Shown: piece after piece, positions 1 to 9,005 of the stretch
Layout: each line of letters opens with the position of its first letter
Numbering within the stretch: position 1 is the first letter of the stretch
Source of the DNA: an uncultured Bdellovibrionales bacterium
GTDB lineage: Bacteria > Patescibacteriota > Minisyncoccia > Moranbacterales > UBA1568
Length of the DNA: 64,000 nucleotides
Reading direction: 5' to 3'
NCBI GenBank assembly: GCA_964384235.1
Contig: CAYLJX010000005.1
Location: 5,289 to 69,288 of the forward strand
Position numbers and translations under genes: made by a program
Notes under the pieces: model-generated
Database searches by the model: none
What the model was told of the DNA's origin: nothing
Seen by the model: the letters and a program-made list of their open reading frames with translations, nothing else

Positions 1-3
1 TCC

Positions 4-2274
4 ATGCAGGTCACCAAGGCGGACGACTCCAAGGAACGCTTCGATCTCGGCAAGATCCAGGCCGTCTTCGACCGGGCTGTGAAAGGATATGAGGAACAGT
101 GCCGCTTCGAGGATCTCATCGAGGCCTTCAAGAAGAACATCGTCGAGGACATCAAGACGTCCGATATCGTCAAGCTTCTCGTCAAGACCTGCATCGATCT
201 CGTCACGGTCGAAAACATCGCGTGGCAGAATGTCGCCGCCCGCATCCTCTTGGGCGACCTGTACAAACAGGCCGTCAAGAACCGCGGCATCAAGCACAAT
301 CAGATCTACACGCCGGAAAGCTACAAGGCTCTCTTCGAGGACTACGTCAAGAACGGTCTCTATTTCAAGGATTTCTATCAGTACTACTCGGGTGAGGATA
401 TCCTCGAGGCGGGCCGCCACCTCTCCATGGAGACCGATGAGACGTACGAATACACCACCATCCTCTCGCTCGCCAAGCGCTACCTCCTCAATCCCAACAA
501 GGTGGTCAAGGAGCTTCCGCAGGAAATGTACATGTCGGTCGCGCTCTTTCTCGCCATCCCCGAGAAACGCGAAAACCGGCTCAAGTTCGCCCTCGAGATC
601 TATGAACACTGCTCCAAGCAGCGCATCTCCCTCCCGACGCCCACCCTCATCAACGCCCGCACCAATTATCACCAGCTCTCCTCCTGCTTCAAGATCAACG
701 TCGACGACGATCTGCGTGGTATCTATCACGCCATCGAGAACATGGCGCAGATCTCCAAATTCGGCGGCGGTGTCGGTGTCTATCTCGGCAATATCCGCTC
801 CCGTGGCGGCATGATCCGCGGCATCGAAGGCGTCTCCGGCGGCATCAACCCCTGGGTCAAGGTGATCAACGACACAGCGGTCGCCGTCAATCAGTTAGGG
901 AGCCGCCTCGGCGCCATCTCAGTGACGCTCGATTTCTGGCACCGCGACATCCATGACTTCCTTGATCTTCAGACGGAGACCGGCGACATCCGCTCCAAGG
1001 CCTTCGATATCTTTCCGGCCGTCTCCGTACCCGATCTCTTCATGCGTCGGCTCCAGGAAGACGGAGATTGGACCCTTCTTGATCCGCACGAGGTCCGTCG
1101 TTTCTATGGCAAGGCCCTCCAGGATCACTTCGGGGACGAATTCGACGCTTTCTATGTCGAACTCGAAAAGGACGAGCGTCTCAAGATGAAGCAGACCATC
1201 AAGGCCAAGGAACTCTTCAAGAAATTCCTCAAGACCACCGTGGAAACCGGCATGCCCTACGTCTTTTTCCGCGACACGGTGAACCGTCTCAATCCCAACA
1301 AGCACGCCGGCAACATCTATTCCACGCAGCTCTGTACCGAGATCTGCCAGAACACCTCCGCGACCAAGTTCGTCGAGGAAGAACTGGAAGACGGCAAGAT
1401 TGTCATCAAGTACGAGCCCGGCGACCTGGTCGTCTGCAACCTCGCTTCCATCAACGTCGCCAAGGTCTTCGAGGATAAGGACATCGAGACGGTCTTCCCG
1501 GTGGTCATGCGCGTCCTCGACAACGTGATAACGCTGAACTACTACCCCATCAAGGAAGCCGAACGGACTGCGCTGCGTTACCGGAGCGTCGGCCTCGGCT
1601 ACCTCGGGCTCGCCGAATACCTCGCCACTCACAACCTCGCCTACGAAAGCGCCGAGGCGAGAGAAGTCGTCGACAAGCTCTTCGAGCGCTACGCTTACCA
1701 CACCTACCGCGCCTCCGTCGACCTCGCCAAGGAACGTGGCCACTACGAACTCTACCCGGGAAGCGAATACGAGAAAGGTATTCTCCTCGGCCATGACCGC
1801 GCATGGTTCGCCCAGAATACGGCGCACGGCAAGGACTGGGAGAAACTCTTCGACGACATGAAGGAGAGTGGGGTACGCTTCGGCTACCACACCGCTCCCG
1901 CCCCCAACACCTCGACGGCCGGCGTCGTCGGCACCACCGCGGCCCTGCTCCCCATCTACAAGCGCTACTTCGTCGAAACCAACCTCTCCGCCCCGACCGT
2001 GCGCGTCGCGCCCAAGCTCTCCAAGGAAAACTTCTGGTACTACAAGGAGTACGTCAACATGGACATGGGGGATGTCATCAACATGATCGCCGTCATCTAC
2101 AAGTGGGTGGACCAGTCGATCAGCTTCGAGTGGATGATCGATCCGGCCCGCGTCTCGCCGGCCCAGCTCTACGGCTACTACACCAAGGCCTGGGAAGACG
2201 GCGTCAAGACCGTCTACTACGTGAGGAGTCTCTCCGCGGAAGTGAAAGACAACTGTGTCAGCTGCAGCGGGTAA
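4..2274 (+). CDS. nrdA: Class I ribonucleotide reductase large subunit with N-terminal ATP-cone
   Basis: ATP-cone start (VTKADDSKERFDLGKI), PTPTLINA, LSSCF, TQLCTEI (catalytic Cys/Glu), VCNLASIN, APAPNTST, KTVYY, C-terminal CVSCSG. Confidence 0.96.
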   Translation: MQVTKADDSKERFDLGKIQAVFDRAVKGYEEQCRFEDLIEAFKKNIVEDIKTSDIVKLLVKTCIDLVTVENIAWQNVAARILLGDLYKQAVKNRGIKHNQIYTPESYKALFEDYVKNGLYFKDFYQYYSGEDILEAGRHLSMETDETYEYTTILSLAKRYLLNPNKVVKELPQEMYMSVALFLAIPEKRENRLKFALEIYEHCSKQRISLPTPTLINARTNYHQLSSCFKINVDDDLRGIYHAIENMAQISKFGGGVGVYLGNIRSRGGMIRGIEGVSGGINPWVKVINDTAVAVNQLGSRLGAISVTLDFWHRDIHDFLDLQTETGDIRSKAFDIFPAVSVPDLFMRRLQEDGDWTLLDPHEVRRFYGKALQDHFGDEFDAFYVELEKDERLKMKQTIKAKELFKKFLKTTVETGMPYVFFRDTVNRLNPNKHAGNIYSTQLCTEICQNTSATKFVEEELEDGKIVIKYEPGDLVVCNLASINVAKVFEDKDIETVFPVVMRVLDNVITLNYYPIKEAERTALRYRSVGLGYLGLAEYLATHNLAYESAEAREVVDKLFERYAYHTYRASVDLAKERGHYELYPGSEYEKGILLGHDRAWFAQNTAHGKDWEKLFDDMKESGVRFGYHTAPAPNTSTAGVVGTTAALLPIYKRYFVETNLSAPTVRVAPKLSKENFWYYKEYVNMDMGDVINMIAVIYKWVDQSISFEWMIDPARVSPAQLYGYYTKAWEDGVKTVYYVRSLSAEVKDNCVSCSG

Positions 2275-2315
2275 ATCAACGAACAATCAACAAAGAACAG
2301 CGAACAGAAAATGCT

Positions 2316-3356
2316 ATGACGGAAATACACCAAAACGCGATCTTCAATCCGGCAGGGGACGATGATGTCTCACACCGCACCATCATCAAAGGCGCGACGA
2401 CGGGCCTCTTCAACCTCAACGCTACCAAGTACCCCTGGGCCAAGGCCCTCTACCAGGTGATGATCGGCAACTTCTGGGTCCCGGAAAAGGTTTCCGGTCT
2501 CAAGGACGACGCCCGGGCCTTCCATGCCGACCTCACCCCCGAGGAACAGAAGGCTTACAAAGGCATCCTTTCCTTCCTCATCTTCCTCGACTCCATCCAG
2601 ACCGTGAACCTGCCCCACTTCTCCGACTATGTCACCTCGCCGGAAGTGAATCTCATCCTCTCCATCCAGGCCTACCAGGAAGCCATCCACTCCCAGTCCT
2701 ACGCCACCATCCTCGAATCAGTGGTGGATTCCAACGAGCGCGAAGAGATCTACTACTTCTGGCGCACCGACCAGATCCTCCTGGAACGAAACAAGTATAT
2801 CGGCCAGATCTATCAGGACTTCATCGATGCCCCTTCGGACAAGAGCTTTTTCCGCGGTATCGTCGCCAATTTCCTCCTGGAGTCCCTCTACTTTTACAAC
2901 GGTTTCGCCTTCTTTGACACGTTGGTCGACCACATGAAGATGGTGGCGACCGGCCGTATGATCGCCTATATCCGCCGCGACGAGCTCACCCACGTAACCA
3001 TCTTCGCCAACCTCATCCGCGAGATCAGGAAAGAATTCCCCGACATCTATGACGAAAACCTCATCCGCGACATGATGAAAACCGCCGTCGACCAGGAGAT
3101 CGAGTGGAGCCGGCATATCCTCGGCGACCGCATCCCCGGCATCAACGGCGAAACGACCGAAGGCTATACCAAGTGGCTCGCCAACAACCGCCTCGCCATG
3201 CTCAATATCTCCCCGCTCTACCCCGAAGCCCTGGAAAACCCCTACAAGCACCTCGATCGCCTGCAGGACGTGAACGCCGACAAGGGAAACTTCTTCGAGA
3301 CGACGGTCGTCAACTACACGCAGTCCTCGAGCCTCAACGGCAGCTGGGATTTCTAA
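2316..3356 (+). CDS. nrdB: Class I ribonucleotide reductase small subunit
   Basis: Metal-ligand motifs LDSIQ, EAIHSQSY (radical Tyr), LESLYFYNGF, RDELTH, C-terminal NFFETTVVNY; start moved to ATG 2316 after the nrdA stop. Confidence 0.95.
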   Translation: MTEIHQNAIFNPAGDDDVSHRTIIKGATTGLFNLNATKYPWAKALYQVMIGNFWVPEKVSGLKDDARAFHADLTPEEQKAYKGILSFLIFLDSIQTVNLPHFSDYVTSPEVNLILSIQAYQEAIHSQSYATILESVVDSNEREEIYYFWRTDQILLERNKYIGQIYQDFIDAPSDKSFFRGIVANFLLESLYFYNGFAFFDTLVDHMKMVATGRMIAYIRRDELTHVTIFANLIREIRKEFPDIYDENLIRDMMKTAVDQEIEWSRHILGDRIPGINGETTEGYTKWLANNRLAMLNISPLYPEALENPYKHLDRLQDVNADKGNFFETTVVNYTQSSSLNGSWDF

Positions 3357-3383
3357 GGCCTCAAGAAACGTACGAGTAGTATC

Positions 3384-3418
3384 ACAAAAATCCTCTTTCG
3401 AAAGAAGAGGATTTTTGT
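3384..3418 (+). terminator. Intrinsic terminator after nrdB
   Basis: acaaaaatcctctt-tcgaaag-aagaggatttttgt inverted repeat with T tract. Confidence 0.8.
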
Positions 3419-3443
3419 AAAAAAAGAAAAGAGTTGTGATATA

Positions 3444-4814
3444 ATGATGACACATATCTTTCTTTTTGTTATGAACAAAAATAAAATCTTGTCGATTTTT
3501 TCCGTTTTCTTCTTGCTTGGATTCTTCGCATTCGTCAACGATGCCACCGCCAAGATGTGCGGCAGTGACAATACCGGTTCATGCCAAGTAGCCTGTTCCG
3601 GCAGCCAAAGATCGATCAATGACTCTACCAATGCCTGTTCCGGAGCATTGTCTGGGGCAGGCGGAACGGTATGCTGCTCACCCGCACAGGTGTCCGAGTG
3701 GCCATCGGCCCAGTGCTACGCCCTTGGCGGAGCCGCTGCGACTGATTGCGCCGACCAGTCGAACACGTTCGACGCTGGCATTCTCCTGACATCGGATTGC
3801 AAACCCTCTGTCCGCTGCTGTCTCCCGAGCGGGAAATTCAATGCCAGCAATCCTCTCCCGAATCCGCAGGCATGTACTACGAAGAGTTGCACAGATACCT
3901 CCGGTCAGCGCTGCACAAGCGGACCCCTTACAACCTGTAATGCTGGGGAACGAAATGTCACCGATGTCTGCCCAAGCAACGGAATATGCTGTCAGACCGT
4001 TCCACCGAACAATAATACAGGGAACGGGAACGGCTCTGGAAGCACCGGCACCGGCCTGACCGGGCAACTGAACTACACCCTCCTTGAAAAGATCCCTGGT
4101 GCGGAAGAGGCGGGAAGCGACCTCAAGAGCTATCTCGAGGCCCTCTACAAAATCGCCCTGGTTCTGGTGACGCTCTCCGCTGTCCTCATGCTCTCCATCG
4201 GCGGCTTCATGTACCTGACGAGCGCCGGGAACACCGCCCAGATGGGCAACGCCAAGGGCGTCATCACCGATGCCCTCATCGGCCTCGTCATCGCCCTCTT
4301 CGCCTGGCTCCTCCTCTACGTCATCAACCCCGATTTCGTCGGTGGAAGCATCAACGGCCTCTCGCCGGTAAGCGTCGCTCCCGGCTATTCACCTGCCGTC
4401 CCGGTCTCCGTCGAAGGCCAGTACACTCACGCTGAAGCCGTCGCCGCACTTCAGGCCCAAGGCATCAGCGTCACCAGCAGCGGCAACTGCAGCGACCAGA
4501 GCAACAAAACCTGCACCAGTCTGCAGGGTATCCCCAAATCCACCGTCGATAACCTCATCAAACTCAAGCAGGGATGCGGTTGCAGCTTTTCCGTTACCGG
4601 CGGAACAGAAGTCGGTCATGCATCGCACGGAACCGGGCGGGCAGTCGTGGATGTAAGCCTGTCGCTCAGATCATTTCTTCTCAACAACAAGGGATCTTTG
4701 ACCTCCCAATACAACGTCATCAAGATCTGTGCCACCAAAGACAATCAGGACGTCGCCATGGGCTGCTCATATATCGAACCACAACCGCACTTTCATCTTG
4801 TCTTTAAGTCATAA
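3444..4814 (+). CDS. Cys-rich exported protein with CPR-type (TrbC/VirB2-like) pilin hairpin and C-terminal M15/LAS-like metallopeptidase domain
   Basis: Signal peptide; Cys-rich repeats ending in CC; GGFMYLTSAGN...AKGVITDALIGL...YVINPD pilin motif; C-terminal TGGTEVGH-SHGTGRAVVD...HFH. Confidence 0.7.
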   Translation: MMTHIFLFVMNKNKILSIFSVFFLLGFFAFVNDATAKMCGSDNTGSCQVACSGSQRSINDSTNACSGALSGAGGTVCCSPAQVSEWPSAQCYALGGAAATDCADQSNTFDAGILLTSDCKPSVRCCLPSGKFNASNPLPNPQACTTKSCTDTSGQRCTSGPLTTCNAGERNVTDVCPSNGICCQTVPPNNNTGNGNGSGSTGTGLTGQLNYTLLEKIPGAEEAGSDLKSYLEALYKIALVLVTLSAVLMLSIGGFMYLTSAGNTAQMGNAKGVITDALIGLVIALFAWLLLYVINPDFVGGSINGLSPVSVAPGYSPAVPVSVEGQYTHAEAVAALQAQGISVTSSGNCSDQSNKTCTSLQGIPKSTVDNLIKLKQGCGCSFSVTGGTEVGHASHGTGRAVVDVSLSLRSFLLNNKGSLTSQYNVIKICATKDNQDVAMGCSYIEPQPHFHLVFKS

Positions 4815-4825
4815 TCTTCTCCTTT

Positions 4826-5968
4826 GTGAGAAAGGTTTTCTATATCTCCTTCGGTCTCCTTATCCTGGTGCTCATCTTCCTGGGCGCCTACAATTTCGCG
4901 TTCCGTAACAACGTCAACAGCCCCGTCGCCGATCCGAACAAGAAAGAGATCAGGACGAACGACCAGACAAAAGGAACTTTCCAGCCGGCGACCGCCATCG
5001 CCAGTCCGGTGAACGAAAATCTCCTTGCTCCCGTCATCGGCTCCGACGGCACCCTCTACTACTACTCCCTCGACGACAAAAGCCTCAAAAAATCCACCCT
5101 GGAAGGGAAAAACAAAACGGTTCTCTTGAGCGACTTCCCCGGCACTCCGACCCGTATCCTCTGGTCCCCGAGAAAAGACAAGGTGCTCATTCTCCTCAAA
5201 GCAGAAAACGGGGCGTCCCAATGGTATTTCGCCGAACTCGGCAACCGGACGCTCGTTCCCCTGAAACCGGAAATCGGGCGCCTCACCTGGGACAATCTCG
5301 GCGAGAAGATCTTTTACCAGTATACGGACCAAAAAAGCGGTGAAAAAACGCTCAATGTCGCCAGTCCTGACGGCAGCAACTGGAAAACTCTCACCGCTCT
5401 CGGGAACCGGGATTCTTTCATTACAGCCATTCCGAAAAGTACCGTCGTCGCCTTCTGGAACCGACCCAATGCCCTGGAAAAGACCGTTTTGGAAAGCATC
5501 GGCTGGAACGGTGATGACCGTCACACGCTTCTCACTGATCAGTTCGGTGCCGACTACCTCTGGTCGCCGAGCGGGGACAGGATCCTGGTGAGCACTAGTA
5601 GTGAGAAGGGAGGCAACACCCTCTCGCTCAACCTGATGAACGGCCAGGGCGGCGAATACCGGTCCCTCTCCGTCCCGACCCTCGTCTCCAAAGTCGTCTG
5701 GTCCAAAGACGACCGGACCATCTACTACGCCCTACCTGGTGCTTTACCGGAAAACACCGTTCTTCCCAATGATTACTTCGAAAAGCCGCTCTACACGACC
5801 GACACCTTCTGGAAAATGGATGTCGTGACAGGAAAGAAAGATCGTCTCGTGGAGCTTAAAGAGGTGACCCAGAGCTTCGATGTGACTGACTTTCTCCTTT
5901 CTCCCGAAGAAGATACCCTTTTCTTCACCGACCGGCAGACGCACCGGCTGTACCGGATCGAATTGTAA
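4826..5968 (+). CDS. Membrane-anchored TolB-like beta-propeller protein
   Basis: N-terminal TM helix, repeated WSP/WSK-D blade motifs (WSPRKDK, WSPSGDR, WSKDDR). Confidence 0.7.
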   Translation: MRKVFYISFGLLILVLIFLGAYNFAFRNNVNSPVADPNKKEIRTNDQTKGTFQPATAIASPVNENLLAPVIGSDGTLYYYSLDDKSLKKSTLEGKNKTVLLSDFPGTPTRILWSPRKDKVLILLKAENGASQWYFAELGNRTLVPLKPEIGRLTWDNLGEKIFYQYTDQKSGEKTLNVASPDGSNWKTLTALGNRDSFITAIPKSTVVAFWNRPNALEKTVLESIGWNGDDRHTLLTDQFGADYLWSPSGDRILVSTSSEKGGNTLSLNLMNGQGGEYRSLSVPTLVSKVVWSKDDRTIYYALPGALPENTVLPNDYFEKPLYTTDTFWKMDVVTGKKDRLVELKEVTQSFDVTDFLLSPEEDTLFFTDRQTHRLYRIEL

Positions 5969-7184
5969 GGGGAGGAAAAAAACCTAGTACTAGTACCGTC
6001 CAGAAAGCGGAGGCGAGGTCAGTCTTGAAGTACGGCGTGTCCGTCAGGCCGTATACGAGATAGAGAAGGAGCAGAGCGATACACAACAGCCGAAAAAATC
6101 TCTCGTCCGAAGAAGCTGTCCGCACCCGTTTCCACTGCTCCCGAAACCACACGGTCACCATCCCGATGAACCCGATGAGTCCGATCAAGCCTGTCTGAAG
6201 CCACAAAGCCAGATAGAGACTGTGCGGCTGCGGTACCGCCCACTCCAGATAGGGCGGAAAATACTGTTGATACTCCAGGTACACTTCCTGGAAGCGTCCG
6301 ATACCGATACCGAGAAGAGGGCTGTCTTCGATCATTCTTTCCGCCGAACGCCAGATCATCATCCGCGAAGCGAGTGAGGAGCGCTCGTCAAACGACACGA
6401 GGTCTTGCCACTTGTCCGTGTCTTTCTCGAAGAAAAAGAACGCTCCTCCGACCATGGCCACTGCCAAAAAAGTGAGGGTGGTCGCTTTAAAACGGGATTT
6501 TCCTTCTTGCTTACAAGAAAGTCCAAAAAAAATCCCGGCAACAGCAAGTGCTCCCCAGACACCGTATGAGTGCGTCTGATACAGGGCAAAGAGAAGAAAC
6601 ATAGCACTCAAAACAAAGAAAAAGCGAGGAAGAAAACTTCCTGAAATACGGTGAAGATAAAAAGCGATGAGGACTCCGGGCGAAAGAAAAATCGCCAGGT
6701 AATTCGGGGAGCCATACCAGGCGGACAGCCGGCCGTCATAGGTGACCTTACCAAGAACGAGATACGCGAGACTCGCCGCCGCCGTCAACACGAGAGCACC
6801 GAGCCACGCAAGCAGTATCCGCTTCCGATCACCTTCTTCGCCGACCTGAAGCCAGAGAAAAGCATAGAGCAAAGGGAACGCAAACCAGCTTTTGAGCATC
6901 CCGAGACCAGTGAACGTCTGTGGATTATACAGGAAGGATAACCAGGCTCCGAGAAGAAAAAGGTTGAGAAAGAGGATGAACCAAACAGAAACCAGGTCCG
7001 CGCCTCGAAACGTACACTGTTTTCTGAAAACCCCTGCCACAAACAAAAAAATGGCCGCCAAAACGAATCCCTCCGAAATATAGATCGGTAACCCAAGAAA
7101 AACCGCCTTCACCCGCGCGAAGGGAAGAGAAAGAATCACCCCCAAAAGAAGCCATTTTGTACCCCGGAGGAAAATGGAAGACAT
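5925..7184 (-). CDS. O-antigen ligase/polymerase (Wzy_C) family membrane protein
   Basis: Multi-TM; RLSAWYGSPNYLA, SRMMIW, PLLGIGIGRF, QPHSLYL motifs. Confidence 0.85.
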   Translation of the reverse strand: MSSIFLRGTKWLLLGVILSLPFARVKAVFLGLPIYISEGFVLAAIFLFVAGVFRKQCTFRGADLVSVWFILFLNLFLLGAWLSFLYNPQTFTGLGMLKSWFAFPLLYAFLWLQVGEEGDRKRILLAWLGALVLTAAASLAYLVLGKVTYDGRLSAWYGSPNYLAIFLSPGVLIAFYLHRISGSFLPRFFFVLSAMFLLFALYQTHSYGVWGALAVAGIFFGLSCKQEGKSRFKATTLTFLAVAMVGGAFFFFEKDTDKWQDLVSFDERSSLASRMMIWRSAERMIEDSPLLGIGIGRFQEVYLEYQQYFPPYLEWAVPQPHSLYLALWLQTGLIGLIGFIGMVTVWFREQWKRVRTASSDERFFRLLCIALLLLYLVYGLTDTPYFKTDLASAFWTVLVLGFFPPLTIRSGTAGASAGR

Positions 7185-7193
7185 AGGGTAATT

Positions 7194-7296
7194 ATTACCA
7201 AACGTAGCACTCGCCAGATTCTGGAGGCAGGCGAGCGGCCATGACTCCAAGGCTCAGACTCGAAGAGAGTGGCGGTAAAATCGGGTTAACCCGTTA
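7194..7296 (-). repeat. Dispersed repeat family A, copy 1
   Basis: Reverse complement TAACGGGTTAACCCGATTTTACCG...CGCTCGCCTGCCT...GCTACGTTTGGTAAT shares both ends with 16739-16839 and 19460-19537. Confidence 0.75.
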
Positions 7297-7584
7297 AATT
7301 TGCTTATTCACCTTCACTTCCCTCACTTCTTCCTTGCCGATGATCTCGTTGATCCGATCACAGAGATACTTCCGACGGAGAAAGACCTCGCTTGCCCAAA
7401 GGGAACTCCGGGGACTGAGGAAAAGTTTTTTTTCCTTGTAGAACGTCGGGATGATATTTTCTCCGCCACGTATCCCATACTCCTCAACTAAGACGCGCTT
7501 ACAGATATGGAAGAGGGTTTTTTCGTCGATTTCCTGGGGAACGACTATCTTTTTCGTCGGGAGAAGCTCCTTGAGAGTTCGCAT
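7294..7584 (-). CDS. dciA: DciA/DUF721-family helicase-loading protein
   Basis: 96 aa, directly downstream of dnaN, SSLWASEV...INEIIG...VREVK pattern. Confidence 0.65.
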   Translation of the reverse strand: MRTLKELLPTKKIVVPQEIDEKTLFHICKRVLVEEYGIRGGENIIPTFYKEKKLFLSPRSSLWASEVFLRRKYLCDRINEIIGKEEVREVKVNKQI

Positions 7585-7586
7585 AC

Positions 7587-8735
7587 TTATTTGCGAATGG
7601 GCATCATGAGATAAATATATCGTTGATCTGGTTTTTGCGTTTCATCCATCATCCGAAGAGCGGCTGGGGTAGTGCTCGCATTCGCCAGAAAGACTATTTT
7701 TTCACCCGAGAGCGCCGAAAGTCCCTCGAGAATGTAGCGCGGATTGAAAACCATCCGAAGCTCTCCCTCTCCCTGAAGAAATTGCACCGGAAGCACCGTC
7801 TGATTTTCCCCGATTTCCTGGGATTGTGATGCGACGATACAGATATTTTTCCCTGTATCGAAAGAGAGCGAAACCTCTCCGGAGCTGTACGACGAAAACG
7901 TGCTGGCGATCTTTATCGCCCGCAACAGATCCTCTTTTTGAAAGATTCCCTGGACAGAGAAGGTTTCCGGGAGAATCTGCTTGTAATCAGGGAATTTTCC
8001 GTTGATGCTCCGAGAAATCACCTGTGCCTCGTCTATCCCGAAGAAAATCTGATTCTCCTCCAGGGCGATCTTCACTTCCTTACTTTCCGGAGTGATGACG
8101 CGGAAAATTTCCTGAAGGGTGTTCGCAGGAATGATAAGAGTGGGATTCTTCTGAAGAAACTCTCGGTAACCAGCCCCGAGATCGGAAAGTATCACCTTTT
8201 CTTCCGCCAACCGGAAACTGTCCGTCGCCACGATATGCATTTCCCCCTCAAAAAATGAGATATACGCCCCGGTAAGTTCGAGTCGAGCCTCATTGATGCT
8301 GACACAAAAAAGAATGCGTGAGAGGGCATTTTTGAGCTCCTGGGCTGGTAAGGCGAAGAAATATTCCTTCTTGTACTGAGGAATGATAGGAAAATCCTTT
8401 CCATCCAACCCTTTCATCTTCATCTGATAGGTCGAAGCGGTCACTTTAAGTGTCTGTCCTTCCGTTTCCAACTCCAACACATCCCCCGAGGGAAGATTAT
8501 GGATGAAATTAGAAAGAATCTTGGCCGGGACCGTGATCCGCCCCTCCCGCTCGATCTTGGCCCCGATATGGGAGATGACACCAATCTCGAGATTGGTGGC
8601 GGAAAGCTTCAATCTTCCGTTCTCCGTCTCCAAAAGAAAGTTACTGAGGATAGGAAGAGTGGTTTGTTTTCCTACGACTCGTTCAAGATGAGAGAGGGCT
8701 CGACTCAGATTTTCCTGCGTACAGACCAGTTTCAT
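7587..8735 (-). CDS. dnaN: DNA polymerase III beta clamp
   Basis: TLPILSNFL, SATNLE, VATDSFRLA, GKFPDY, FNPRY, YLMMPIR; downstream of dnaA. Confidence 0.97.
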   Translation of the reverse strand: MKLVCTQENLSRALSHLERVVGKQTTLPILSNFLLETENGRLKLSATNLEIGVISHIGAKIEREGRITVPAKILSNFIHNLPSGDVLELETEGQTLKVTASTYQMKMKGLDGKDFPIIPQYKKEYFFALPAQELKNALSRILFCVSINEARLELTGAYISFFEGEMHIVATDSFRLAEEKVILSDLGAGYREFLQKNPTLIIPANTLQEIFRVITPESKEVKIALEENQIFFGIDEAQVISRSINGKFPDYKQILPETFSVQGIFQKEDLLRAIKIASTFSSYSSGEVSLSFDTGKNICIVASQSQEIGENQTVLPVQFLQGEGELRMVFNPRYILEGLSALSGEKIVFLANASTTPAALRMMDETQKPDQRYIYLMMPIRK

Positions 8736-8744
8736 ACGGTTCCC

Positions 8745-8995
8745 GTTAATAAGTAATATATTCTCTTATTATATATAAATTTATTATTATGATTAGTGTG
8801 GTGGATATCTGGATAACTCTCTCTTTTGCTTTAGAATAGGTATTTTTTATTCCCATTCTCGGAGAATATATTTTTTGGTTTCAAGGAAACTTTTGTGGAT
8901 AAGGAGAAAGAGTATATTTTTTGTATTTTTTCTCCACGCTCACCGGCAAGTTATCTCCACTTTATTCACTGGAAATTTGAACTTATACACCGGTA
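8745..8995. promoter_or_regulatory. oriC: Replication origin oriC (dnaA-dnaN intergenic): DnaA boxes plus AT-rich unwinding element
   Basis: Perfect TGTGGATAA at 8894-8902, near matches TCTGGATAA, TTATTCACT, TTATACACC; AT-rich tract 8745-8795. Confidence 0.85.
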
Positions 8996-9005
8996 TTAAC
9001 AGACA

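Noticed and set aside
4-2274. Intein or intron in nrdA (also considered for polA and dnaA)
   Set aside because: Lengths are normal and motifs contiguous; no splicing or homing-endonuclease signatures seen
919-2286. Long antisense ORFs (also 18054-19451, 29316-31181, 48390-49778, 55013-56437 and others)
   Set aside because: Shadow frames of well-supported genes caused by GC-rich third positions; no motifs
1803-2315. N-terminal extension of NrdB overlapping nrdA, suggesting a frameshift fusion
   Set aside because: NrdA ends with its normal CxxC tail; NrdB has a proper ATG at 2316; the extension is low-complexity off-frame sequence
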